The notes under the pieces were generated by a model, which worked only from the letters and a program-made list of their open reading frames with translations, did no database searches and was not told where the DNA came from. DNA of 64,000 bases, from assembly GCA_976226885.1 (NCBI GenBank), contig OZ320317.1, forward strand, positions 49,724,001 through 49,788,000. Reading direction: 5' to 3'. Source of the stretch: Iphione sp. A-MEVVRFRX5. Taxonomy: Eukaryota. Made by a program: the position numbers and the translations under genes. Below, in pieces: positions 52,121-64,000 of this stretch (position 1 is the stretch's first letter; every line of letters starts with the position of its first letter).

Positions 52121-55100
52121 TAAAGGGATTGCATTAAACAGTCGCCAACCGGTCGAAACCGTGGGAGGGAGTGCACTCATTGAGTCGATATTCCTGCTTC
52201 CCTATTTAAGTCCCCTCCCGCTGCCTATCGCAATCTCTGACGACAGGAAGCTGGCACAAATTGAAAATGTCGAAAAAAGGCCGGGAAGTCTATTAGCGTG
52301 CAGCGGCCGTTGTGTGAAGTATAGTCTCCCAGTACCAATCGCGATGGTCGGTGATGACGGCAGCCGCTGAGTGAGCGTTTAAGGTAAAAGGCTACACTTG
52401 CTGAGAGCTCAGGCTGCGGTCCATCTAACCAGTCGAGCTTTCACCTGACCCGGCTTGGAAAAAAAATCATGTTAAGTCGTCGATAAGTTCACACACTTCA
52501 CCTTTGGAATGGGGTGGTCTTAACCGGCCGAACATAGAAATACTCTCCTGGACGTCGCTGCTAAGGACGCACTCCGGTAGGCCTTCTTTACCGGGTGTCC
52601 ATCAAATCGATCGCGCACGCTCAGAAAGGACAAGGGAGAAAAGAAGGGCTACCTATTAAAAAAACTGGCGCTAGGCCGGCCGGCCTTGGCCAAAGCCGAC
52701 CTGTCAGGCGTCTCATATGGTAATTGAGATGAGACGCTACAAGGCGGACGCGGGCGCTTAGGAAATACCAACATGACAGGCGGCGAACCGATGTCACTTT
52801 TGTGCTGTCAGATATTCATCCGCCGATAACCCTGGCCCTGTCTCACCATCCTCCTGGCACGAGGGAGAAAGGGACAGAGAGAGAGAGAATGAGTGTGTGA
52901 GAGAGAGAGGGAGGGAGGGAGGGCTCACGCGTGTGTATTTGATAGACAGACAGACAAACAGAGACATGGAAACAGAGAAAGGACCTGGCGACCGGTCCGA
53001 GAGAATGCTTGATGGACAGGCTGAAGGAGAGAAAAGGAACAGTGACATGGGGAAGTTTATTGGCGGTCGAGACGAGAAAAGGAGTGTGACTGTGGGCGAG
53101 AGGAAGGATATGGAGGCGAGGGGTGGGGCGCGACGAGTTTGCTGTTCCAGCACTGATGATATCGAACGCGAACTTCCAAGCGTAATTGGAGACGACCGGA
53201 AGCGAGGCAAATTGTCTTGCGCGTGAGGAGTGGCCGGTGCACAACAACGACGCCCGATAGTTAGGCGCAAGCGCCAACTAGAGCCAATATTACCGCTCAA
53301 AATGAGTCTTCCCTACCGATATTTCGAGCCCACAAGCGCCCAACCATGCCCCCCAGCGTCCTCCTCTGCCTCCATTAAAGTGCTGTTCTACGTGGCTTGT
53401 TCAACCGGGCCAATTAACGCCATTTGTGAATGGCTTCATCAAATGGTCGGAGCGGGGTAATATTCGCTTTGGTTGACAATTCTTTTCATGGCTACGGACA
53501 TACTAACTGGGAACCACCCCACCTTAAAATGGTCTTCACATTGCCCGTCTCTTAAAGTATCGATTGGGAGCCCTCTAAAAAGGTAACCGCAGCGGGCCAC
53601 TTTGAAAGGGCGTCTAGCAGTGAAAGGACATCGTTAAGTCTCTCCCAGCACCAGCTCAGGTCTACGGCATGTGGCTTAACCTTACATGCTGTTTATGCGT
53701 ACCTTCCTTTGTATTTTTACCCGGTAAAAAGAGACCATCTTGATTAATGTAAGCTACATTTACGGTAGACAGGCTATTATCCGATAAGATTGATTTACTG
53801 TACCGCCATATTCGGCGGTGTTGTGTTGATAAGAAATTAGGTTTCCCCCGAACTTTTATTCAAAGTTAAAAGTACCACACAAGGGAAGGAAATACATCAT
53901 CGCCCCTTGCTGTCCCTGCTGGTTCGGATATCTTTACGAAACGTGAAAGAAGTGTATTATTTCATCGGACAGGAAAACCCGATGAGAGGAATCACAGAAA
54001 GAAACTCCCTCGATGTATGTGTGCGTGCGTGCGTGCGCGCGTTCGTGTGTGTGTGTGCGCGCGCGCGCAGGCGGGCGTTAGTACGTGTGTGTTGGGGATG
54101 GGAGGACGACACCATGGCTACAACCTTGCGCTCGACAATGGTCCTTGTGGTAAAATTGTCAACGGTCTTGTCGGTTGATGAATGACTGCGATCCACAACC
54201 TGACACTCAAATTGGCGGCCTTTGTTAGTTCATGTGGCATTAATCGCGTCACTTTATACGGCCCGCTCCGTCTGCTCTTTAATCCCCCCCCCCCAACACT
54301 GATCTGGAAAAGTCGGTCGTCCTCGCCCGAATCGGTGTGCATGACGTCACGAAACACGTGAGGCCCGAGGACCAATGAGATTAGCACGCTGCATTACGCA
54401 CCTTGCCGGGATAATCCTCTCCGCCTTCCAATGCGAGGCGTTCGCACGCTTCAGGGTAATGTGTTTGATTTCTTCACCCGCCTAAATACCCGACAATTTC
54501 ATTCCTCCGCCCCCAACGCGTGCCTTCTTCATGATGACTGTCGACTCCTTGCTAATGGCAAACTTTGTTTCGGAATTGTACGTCTGGCTTGGGCCGCACG
54601 CCATGTTGAAGTGAATGCGGACAGCTGGGGTAGGAGGCGATCCGGGCGACATTGCACTATTGGACTAGGGCGCGGTGGGCATGCGCGTTGGTGAGGGATA
54701 TGAGGACGGATTCGGCGGAGCGTTCGTCGGCGGCCCACCCTGAGGCAGGCGCTATCATCGACAACCGAATCGGACCGGCGTCCGCCGTTACTTTAATACG
54801 GTTATCTAGGCTTTAAGTTGATGGGCCCGCTTTCCAACCCGGACAGAAAGCACCAATAAGAACCGACGGCCGCTTGAGGTAAACTTCTTGAGTTGGACCC
54901 GGTTCGCCCTTCTTGTCTTCCTAAATTCATTCTTTCAACCCACAGATTGGCCGGGGCGGCGAGTAATTCAAAGAGTCCATTTCGCGCTAACAGCGTTACG
55001 CCTGTGATTGAAGGGACAGCGGCGCACATGGGTCTGCTAGCAGCGGTCAAAGGATGATGGACTTAGTTCTGCATGACACCGCTGTCCGACAGTCCATACC

Positions 55101-56860
55101 GCCGTCCTTGAGATGAGATGTGGTCCTTAAGGAGAGCGAGCAGCGAGCAAATGATGTGGCATTACCACTAGAACCTTGGCTTTGCGATGGTGTGTCCTTC
55201 TAACACTGCCTCTACACCATGGCTTAGTCTTCAAAGCCGCAATGATTGCTGGCCATTCTATAAGCTGAATTAGACTTGTGTATTACTTGAGATTAACGAC
55301 ACTCTCGGTTACTATCGAGAACATCTCGATCGTACCGAGTTGAATGCCCCGGTAAAATATTAATCCCTACTTCGCAGCGCCTCCGTGGGCTGCAACAAGT
55401 TCAGGGACATAAAAGTTGTATGGGAAACAGTTTTGTGTTGTGAAGAATAATCCGCGGCTGTTTCCCACAACATCGATTCCCTTCTGACAATCGCTCTTTC
55501 AAACTCCCTATTCTTCTCGCGCCGGGAATAGCTACATCCTCCTATAGTCGCTCTTGTACGTGCTGTCTCATTCCCTCCTCTCTATATTTTCTGGCCTTCC
55601 CTCCATTCATCAAACCTTTAATTACCCCTGCCTTTATTCTCTTATGCGTCCTTCTCCTGTGTTTCCCCTATAGGACCTTGTATCATTTTTCAAACAGATA
55701 CACATACTGGAGTACGCTATCAGGGCTGAACATGACATGCTATCACTCAGTCTTCATATGAACAGAAGTCCTCTTTTAGCATTAGCCGATTATCGAATTA
55801 GCAGCCTAGGTTAATTGGCTGTATGGTCTCATTAGATGATGTAGTGCCTCCTTACCGGCATGGTCGGGGCGCCGATGCATCAGTCATTATCAGCGCACTG
55901 CTGCCTGTGTTGACGAGCTGCTCCAAGCATGACACAGAATTGCTCATAGACACACACAGTAAGACGACTCAGCCCACTCTAGATCCTTTTACAATGACTG
56001 TAGAAAGCTGCTTCAGTTGCAGGTGTTTGTTATCATAATAATCACCAATTAATCTGATACGACCAGGAAGGAATTTAGCATAATGCTGTGTGCATCATCC
56101 TTAATGAGAAAATAAAATACTCATGTATATTTACGCTGATAGCTCGGCAGTAATTATTTTCAGAAGTAAAAAATGAAATACGATCCTTTCTAATTACATG
56201 TACGTCCTTGCGATCCTGATTCTGAATACATCTTGCCTTCCTTCAGTAGCCCTGAAAAATTCTTTTCGTTTGCTTCGCGTTTCCTTCACCACGTTATCTA
56301 AGGAAGCTTAAAGCGCGGTTGGAAAGAGAGACAAGTGTGTCTTTTTTCGAAAGTTTTTATTGATAAATATGTGTCACATAATCATACGTGTTTTCAATAT
56401 GTACCACTCAGCATTGCCACTTTTCTTTATTTTAAGGCTGCATATAACTCATTTATACCAACTTGGGTTGAAGAAGTTTCTTAATCATAGCTCTTGGCTA
56501 ATTTTTCACTGCCTGTAGTAAGTCCTGAAGGAACATGTATCATCGAACCAGGCATACTTAGGAAAAGCTTATTGAATAAGGTTTTTAATGTTCTCGTCAA
56601 CCATGGGGCAAAAGATAGATCTTTATCCAGTTGTAGTCCACGAAATTTGAATTTTTCAACATTCGCTAAAATAGTACGATCAATCTGGAGATCTGTATAT
56701 ATCCCCTTGCATGACCCAAAATCATAGTTTAGATATATCCTTGTTTATTATTAAACATTACCTCGTGAATAAAAATACATTATTAAGTGTATGCTGCAAC
56801 TTTGGCTTCAAACTCCGAGTACTAAAACCCCAGGCAAGAATTGTCACATCATGCGCATAA

Positions 56861-57465
56861 GGCCCGGTTTCCTTACTTGCGGGAGAGTGCGGCGAGTTGT
56901 TGGAGGCATCTGTGTGTGTCAGTATGCATTTGAATTTTTCCACACTCTCCCACAGAGGGATGTCCTCATTGAGGCTATTGGAGCATGCAAGAAATCAGAG
57001 TAAAATGATGAAAATGGACAAATATGATGCTTAAACCTGCGAAAATGAGGGGAAAATGATGAAAAGGGACGAAAATGATGCGAAAAGCGTGGAAATGAGG
57101 GGGAAAAGTGTAAAAAAGGACACACATATGCGAAAATGTAGGGTTATGACAGCGGCAGTGAGGAAAAGTGAGTAGAAGTGAGTAAAAATGAGTAAATAAG
57201 ATGAAATAGCAGTGCATTGCTGTGCATTTGTGTGCATGTGCATGAAATTATCAGACCTGGTCTTATAAACCAACCTATTGTGAGTTGACACTGTAAGCTC
57301 AATAAACAAATTTCAATTCAATTCAATTCAACAGGCAATGCATATCAGTGCACATCGACACCAAATGCAGGTATGGAACACCCATCACTGATTGCCTATT
57401 GTCCAATGACAATGGGAATGAACAGAATCGCTCAGAGACATCACCTCATGTACGGAAACTGGGCC
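56861..57465. mobile_element. PIF/Harbinger-type MITE (605 bp) containing a nested retroposon tail
   Basis: Left GGCCCGGTTTCCTTAC, right GTACGGAAACTGGGCC, TAA TSD on both sides. Confidence 0.82.
57249..57331 (+). mobile_element. 5'-truncated 3' end of a non-LTR retroposon
   Basis: AATAAA at 57301 followed by (TTCAA)4. Microsatellite tails are typical of CR1/L2-group LINEs and their SINEs. The 5' boundary is approximate. Confidence 0.5.
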
Positions 57466-57499
57466 TAAGCCAGCAACCGACAGGGAAAAGAGACTGAGA

Positions 57500-59200
57500 A
57501 AATATCATTTATCATAATTATGGGCCTACAATACATGTACACTGGGTGACACCAGATTTAATCTCCAGAAAACTTGACAGAGAAACATTACATTTTACCT
57601 TTTGTTTCCTACCGTTCAAATAAGAGTTGAACCAACCCACAACATTACCACTGTAACCATAATTACGCAACTTGGTTAATAAACGATCATGATCAATTAA
57701 ATCGAAAACGTGTGTAATATACAAATAATAGGTAGGTATATAATTGCCCTTGTTTATGTGTTTATAAAACTCTTTCAGTAAAACCCCTCCAGTAATTATA
57801 GTTCCCTCCCCTCTCGGAAGGCAAACCGATTCTCATTAAAAAGATTATTGTTTAACATATACATATTAACCTGATTTGACAATAGAATTTTAATGAGCGC
57901 TGGTAATAGGTAGATTGGGCGAGAGTTCGATGGGTTAAGAGGAATACTCACTTTTATGTAAGAGAACAAGAATGGCTTCTTTGCAAGCACTGGGGACTAC
58001 ACCGTGCCGCAGTACATTTAAAGGTCCGCGAAATAATAGGCCTACAATGTCAGTTTAAGAGCATCTTTTACAAAACGCATGCTAAGTCCATCAATACGAG
58101 AAGGTTTATCAACCTCCTATCAGCTTGGCCACCTAGGAATAGTCTACTTCTGTAAAAGCCTTCATAGATTCAGAACATCAACTCTCATCTATTAATTTCG
58201 GTTCTCTTGTTTCCTGCAAATTTCTCACACTTTTCACAAAGGTTTTATCCATTATCTCGGACACTCTCTCCCCCTGAACTCTTGCATCATTCACATGCAG
58301 GTTTATTACATTCTTCTTTTTGGCTTTCCCCAAATCCATCTCATTCACTAATTGCCGCGTTTTCATCTTATTACCCCTACAATCAGCAAACTTATTTTTA
58401 AAACTCTCTCTTTTTGCATGCTTACTTGCATAATTTGCTAGATTTCTTTTTCAAATCAAGACTCCCTTTGTATCCAAGCTGCCCGTCATGAACCTTTGTT
58501 TTCAATAATAGTCACGCACAACTCTTAAGCACAATAGACTTTTTGTTAACCATTCTATATGGCCAAGATGAATTACTTTGGTGCAATATGGGGCAATCCT
58601 ATCAACAGCTTTTCTCACATTATTGATCTACAATTGCTATTTATCATCCACATTCAGCTCCTGTGATATCTGCCAATTTCACCCTCCACGACCTTCCTCG
58701 AGAGACTGAAAGGAATAAAATTTGTTATCCCGACATATAACTACCTTTTCTTTTGTTACCTGTCTAATCGTCTTACCATCTATATACACTACCACATAAT
58801 CACTATTCCCACAGTGGCAAACACCACTCCCCCTATAATTACTAGTCGAGCTATAGATATGGTCTAAGTAGGATTTATACTGGTGTGTAGATTGATTCAT
58901 CACCTGTTTGAAAGATAAACTGACTACACAGTTTTTGTGCATTATCTCTCTTTAACCGATGTACATTGAAATCTCCCATTATAGTAACCTGACATTGTCC
59001 CACGGAGTTGATCTTATTTATCTTAAAATAAAGATGGTCTAAAAATTCTTTTAATATACTGGCTTCTTTTCCAGAATCCTTTCTGTTCTCGCTAAAACGT
59101 CTCCCTAAACATTATCACAGACATACTGATAATCTTGTGTCAGCTACTACTTGGTATTTCTTGTGGCATACTGCGCAATATATCTTCGGACGTGTAGGTA
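57500..59200 (-). mobile_element. Decayed CR1/L2-group LINE ORF2 fragment (APE endonuclease + reverse transcriptase), with frameshifts and stops
   Basis: Colinear fragments: IMGDFNV (~58970); YLDHIYSS...SGV...SDY (58679-58942); KTRQLVNEMDLGK (58178-58366); SNSRPIYLLP...NRFAFREGR (57796-57990); FDLIDHDRLLTKLRNYG...WFNSYLNGRKQKV...SGVTQ...GP (57518-57724). Confidence 0.88.
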
Positions 59201-62200
59201 TCCATCAAAAGGACATGTACTTACAATTAGTTAGACATTAGCGCATTAAGAAATGATAGTCACCGAATCTAGCACTCACTGTCGATAGCTTACGCCTTCG
59301 CCTGATGAGACCAGACCATACAATACGTATGTGCGTCTACATGCAAACGTACTTGTAACATACAGAAGAGTGCCTCGTTTAGAAAGCAATCATTTTCGTG
59401 AATGTTGTCTACACAACAATTAAAACATTAATTTTGGATTCGAGATACGCTCCTGCACGTGAAGGGTTAAGACAGAATCCAAAAGCATCATATTCGTAGA
59501 TTCATATGGGAGGTTAATATGAATGTTGAAGTACGGGCCGACTCATAATTAACTAACGGAGCATTTAAGGAATACACGTCAAAACCACACTTTAAATTGG
59601 TCTATGAGCATGTATTCACTTTAGATAGGTGCTGCGATACTTTAGTTTTTGTATCTTTTACTAAAGTTTCGTTTTTCGCTAGCTCATTTTGGTGTAACGT
59701 ACACGCAGATGAACCGTATTTTGACAGAGGTGTGTCACAGTGGTGAATTTCTTTAGGTACATGCGAAACAAGCGCATTGCCTGCTCATTCTTCTGTAGAT
59801 ATACAAAGAACATTATTTCAGCTATTCTTTCCGCCGATCTCAGCCCAAATAATAGTACGAACTGTGTCTTGGATGTGCCACTGAATGTCTTTTTTTTCCA
59901 TGAACATGCATTGCGGTTACAGATGAAAGAAATATTTGTGATAAAGGAGAACGATCAAACCATTGCCTGACAAATACAATATATGGCTGCGTGTATCAAG
60001 TCTTCTTATTGCACAGACGGTTGGAGCGGCCTCGGGCTGATCCACATCAACCAGACCGGACCGCCGCATGTAAATTGCATGTATCGCTCATAGACCGCCG
60101 TAAATATTTCAGTAGCAATAATCGTCAGTCGTTTAGCCGGGCTGGGGATGACCACAACCACTCGCCGCCGAGTTGAGTAACTCGGCACCGCTGCAGCCTC
60201 CTCTGCTGCTCATCTCGAGAAGAAGGAGGATGAGGAGGAGGGGAGCAGGAGCAGGAAAATGTAGGGAACAGAAGAATAGAACAGGAGAGGGAGGGAGCTG
60301 CTCACGGATGGAGTCCTGACAAGTTTTGAGCTCACTGGACGGGGCAGGCGGCTGATGCCGGCCGACAAGACAGCGAGTGGCTGGCCTCCCGAGTTGTACG
60401 CCGGCATCCGTCATTTAGTGCCAACTCATCACATGGCCGCGCAGGCTCGTTACGGCACGCGCCTCGCCCTATGACACCCATTTGTCCGCGCGCGTACACA
60501 TTACTCTTGCATAACCCCCTGCTCCGCGCTGTCCCTTTTTCCACCATCGGTTCGGCCTTTCATTGCTGCTGCCTCCTACAACAAAGCTTTCATCCAGCCA
60601 CCCGCCCACCTTCCCATATCCAACACACCCGCCCCCATCCACCTTGTCAGAGCAGCACAACCGGTAGCTGGTAAGGGAAGGGGCAAAGCAATCCCCCCCT
60701 GCTCCCTAATATCTCTCACCCTGACCCGCCATCCTTCTACGTGAGGGTCCTCTACCGACTCCTTCCTTCGACCACCCTCCCCCTTGTTCAGCGCCGAATG
60801 TTGTGGGGTGGCGGCTGTCTACGAAGACGGAACCTCATCGTCGGCAAATTACGTCCATCAAAGACCCAGCGTCGGCCTATGCGCGCAACCCCGGGTCTAG
60901 CGAAAGCCAAGGCGGGGTCACGTGACGGGACAATTACAAAAAGGGAAACAGTATCCGGCACGCCAGCCACAGAGGCCCCTGTTGTGTGCGCGGCCCGACC
61001 GTCGTCGTCGTCATCGTCGTCCTGCCGCGTGCCGCCAGTCCGAGGCAGACCGGCCACCTCGTTAGCTGCCATTGCCGCTCGCCTCCACCAGCCACCGCCG
61101 GGTGGCGTGCCGGCGCCCGACATGCATTACCGACATTATGTACCAAGCCTTTCCAAGACAAGCAATTGCCTTCTTTTTTCATCTTTTTTTCTTTCCCTTT
61201 TCTAGCTCTCCCCCTTTTTCTCGTTTGGCTAGGCCTGGGTTGACTGGAGGCAGTGGAACATTTTACAAGAGGCTGCACATACAAAAGAGCAGAAAATTGT
61301 CGCGCCACCGCTACCGCAAGTCCACACGGAGTGGTAACCTCGATTAAAGGCCAAATGGTCAATCCGGATGAGGCAACTGACCAGCTTTATCCGGCTTACC
61401 GAATGACTTGGGGTTGGGGGGGGGAGAGTCTTCCAGCTGCGGTTTCAAGAAATAGTGATGGAAGGGAGGTGGAGGCAGTGGGAGGGCTGTATGTCAGAAC
61501 CGCCTCTCTGCCTCCTCCAGGCTGGGTGTTGGCTCACAGTCCGGATCCGGCCTAATAGAGCCCACAGGGATCTTTATAGGCGCCCATAGCCCCACTGGAA
61601 CTGATTAGCATAGGGAATAGTCGGAGGAGTACGCTCCACTCTCAGGCTGCCATTTTAGATCCATCATAAAAGTCTACACATTGAATTTGAACAGAAGCAG
61701 TGCGGCTTTGGATCTGGGAAGTCTAATGTAATGTCATTGTGTTCTGGAAACGTATCTTCTATAAGACCTCACATACCAATTTTTGCAGCCCCCTTTGAAC
61801 AAATAATGACTAAGTGGGCACGAGGTATTTATTATACACAGTGTATGACTCATCGGGTCCAGTCAGCCTTATACTTGCCGGCCAAGACCCGTCCTAACCT
61901 GCCCCGCCCGCGCCGCCCTTAACGACAGCGACCCCAACGTAAGCACGTATAATTGGCTGTCGCACGCCGATAATAATTACCGCTTTTACTGGGCTCTTCG
62001 CCTGAACTTGCTGAATGGGACTGCTTCGAATTCTATACATCTGACCGCACTATTTGTAGTGACATTCATCGTGCCTATTTCTCCCACTCAAGCCTTTTAT
62101 CAACCGGGAAATGAGGGTTGCTCTTATAATCTGGGTCCTCCGTACTTCTCCTTCCTTTATGCCCTGAATTGCCTTTCCTTTACACAGCCCAAGTATGTTT

Positions 62201-62804
62201 TAAAACTTGTACTGAGCACGTTTCCAGGTAATCACGGCTTTCATTAAATTGTATATGTACATTCATGTTATACATGTTATACACGCCCTGTTTTTCAGCA
62301 GGTTGACCGTATTGCCATTCTCACTTACATTTACAATAACTTATTTCCGTTATTTAATTATTTCCGTTATTTAAAGAAAAGACTTGCAGAACTACCCAAA
62401 TCCTCATTCTGTAATTATGAGTATATCTCGCGGTCCCTTCCACTTCCATTTCCTTCGTAGTCGTCGCTAATTTTATCTGACTTCCCCCAAGTTATTGGTA
62501 CTGCCATTAGATATTGTGTCAGCTTGCGGGCTCTAGAAGATCCTTTTGTGATCATGGCGACAAGGCGCGTCAGTCTCTGTCAACCCGGTCGCTTCACATC
62601 TAGAACCGACCCCGGAAAGTGGCCGTCCGAGCCCACTCCGGAGGCCATCCGCCACGGAGCAAACAGCTAGAAAGGAACGCCAAACTGTAATGAAAGTGAG
62701 CATAATTAGAGTTGGGAGTGGCTGCCTAGCCGCCGGTGCCATGTCAGAGGTGCTGCAATCGGAGGGTGGATGCTCACGTTTACTTCAGCATCCACAAGGA
62801 TGTT

Positions 62805-62829
62805 TTGTATTGTATTGTATTGTATTGTA
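62805..62829 (-). repeat. (TTGTA)5 pentanucleotide repeat, likely a retroposon 3' tail on the minus strand
   Basis: Five perfect units, read directly from the sequence. Confidence 0.75.
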
Positions 62830-64000
62830 TTGACTGACGTGGTAAACAGAGGAGCGAATACATTGCCTCTTCTTTTTTAAGTTATGTAGGTCGTCTTATT
62901 AGTTGTGGTTTGGAGGTGGCACGTGTATTTCCCTAATTTGGCAGGATTTTCAGTGCCACTTTGGATAGTAGTTTGAGGATATATTTTTTTAAATCTATAT
63001 TTTTACTGGAATAAATACAATCAGTGACTAGTTTTTTCCCACCAGTATGTGATTAGTAATAACTCCATTATGTTATATACATAAGATAACAATATCAATG
63101 AGATGTACTGGTGTTATCAATTAAATCTGTAGACTATCAATGACAGGCACGCAATGCATAACATATAGTTCAATATACGTTGTCTTCATGTTGGTATAAC
63201 TTTTTAATGTATTGTGGTTTCCAGGATAGCATCCTTTGTACCAATTTTTACAGATTAGATATTAATAGGGTATCACCCTTCATTTCTGTATTTTATATAT
63301 ATCCCATATAATACCAGACAATCCGTTTCATAACTTATGTTGATTAATTAAGGTACTCAAATGTTCAGCAGCAGCATGTCGTGATGTTTCTATGGAACTA
63401 AGAAGTCAGTTTCTTAATGCATTGCCTCCTTTTTTTCCAGCACTTTAATAAGAGACATATACTCATTTTGGAGAGGCCAAGCTTCATCTTTAGTTATTGA
63501 ACGTTTAAAACACACTGTTTTTGGTCTAGGCATTGTTTTTGTCTACGGATAGTCATTCAAATGTGCATTGTCCTATCTTCCTGCGCTGTCACCCTGACAG
63601 AGCAAGGTATATATCATAGCCCAGCCTGAGGACACATATTTCACAGATGTTTCTTGTCTTTTTGTGATTTTTTCTCTGGTTATTCTTCTTATCAAGGAAG
63701 CCTGATACAGTTTCCTTCTAAAGGTGATGTAGCGGTTAAAATTCTGGGATATTATTGTTGTTTCTATTATTATTTATAAACATTAAACCATGTTCAATAA
63801 TAGGGAAAATGATGGATCTTAAGATTATTTTATATACCAGGCGGATTTCTTCTTTTTATTTCATACATTCAGTCAGTGGATCTAAGTTTTTACAGGTAAT
63901 ATGAATGCTGTCAACACTCCATAGAATATGCGTTTGTAGTCTTTATTGAATCATAGTGTTAGAGATCCTGATATCTGTAGATATAAGCCTTTACTTTTGT
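62830..64000 (-). mobile_element. Possible highly decayed L1/Tx1-like LINE 3' portion
   Basis: AT-rich block with A-rich minus strand ending at the pentamer tail. Broken frames give ITNHILVGK, RRKLYQASLI and WAMIY, loosely like Tx1 ORF2 C-termini. Weak. Confidence 0.25.

Noticed and set aside
52794-53300. 168-aa and overlapping ORFs
   Set aside because: Derived from GA/CT low-complexity repeats.
60741-61555. Several overlapping 85-154 aa ORFs on both strands
   Set aside because: GC-rich low-complexity sequence with few stops. No domain or splice support.
62008-62247. Plus-strand ORF with a signal-like stretch and CCA G|gtaatc donor
   Set aside because: No ATG (TTG start) and no partner exons.
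1-64000. rRNA, tRNA, CRISPR arrays, operons or prokaryotic defence systems
   Set aside because: None seen. The window is spliceosomal-intron eukaryotic DNA, and its tandem repeats lack unique spacers.

Overview
AT-rich, intron-containing animal genomic DNA, most likely a marine lophotrochozoan invertebrate (inference from the protein family and repeat content). No prokaryotic features, rRNA, tRNA or CRISPR array were found. The one well-supported gene is on the minus strand (13955-20127). Six exons splice in frame (GT-AG, phases 1-1-1-1-2, 1829 nt, about 609 aa without the signal peptide) into a type I membrane protein. Its layout is SUEL/rhamnose-binding-type lectin domain, CUB-like domain, sushi/CCP-like domain, short stalk, one TM helix and a ~267-aa Tyr/Pro-rich cytoplasmic tail. 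Its signal-peptide exon is not firmly located; the best candidate is 22698-22938. A probable signal-peptide first exon of a second minus-strand gene lies at 7951-8092, and its remaining exons were not found in the window. The rest is non-coding. It holds four PIF/Harbinger-type MITEs with 3-bp TSDs, a TA-flanked MITE, a decayed CR1/L2-group LINE (57.5-59.2 kb), retroposon tails and microsatellites. It also has ~10-bp-phased A/T-tract blocks and GC-rich islands with CTCF-, RFX-, ETS- and NRF1-like motifs. Almost all ORFs in the supplied track are spurious.
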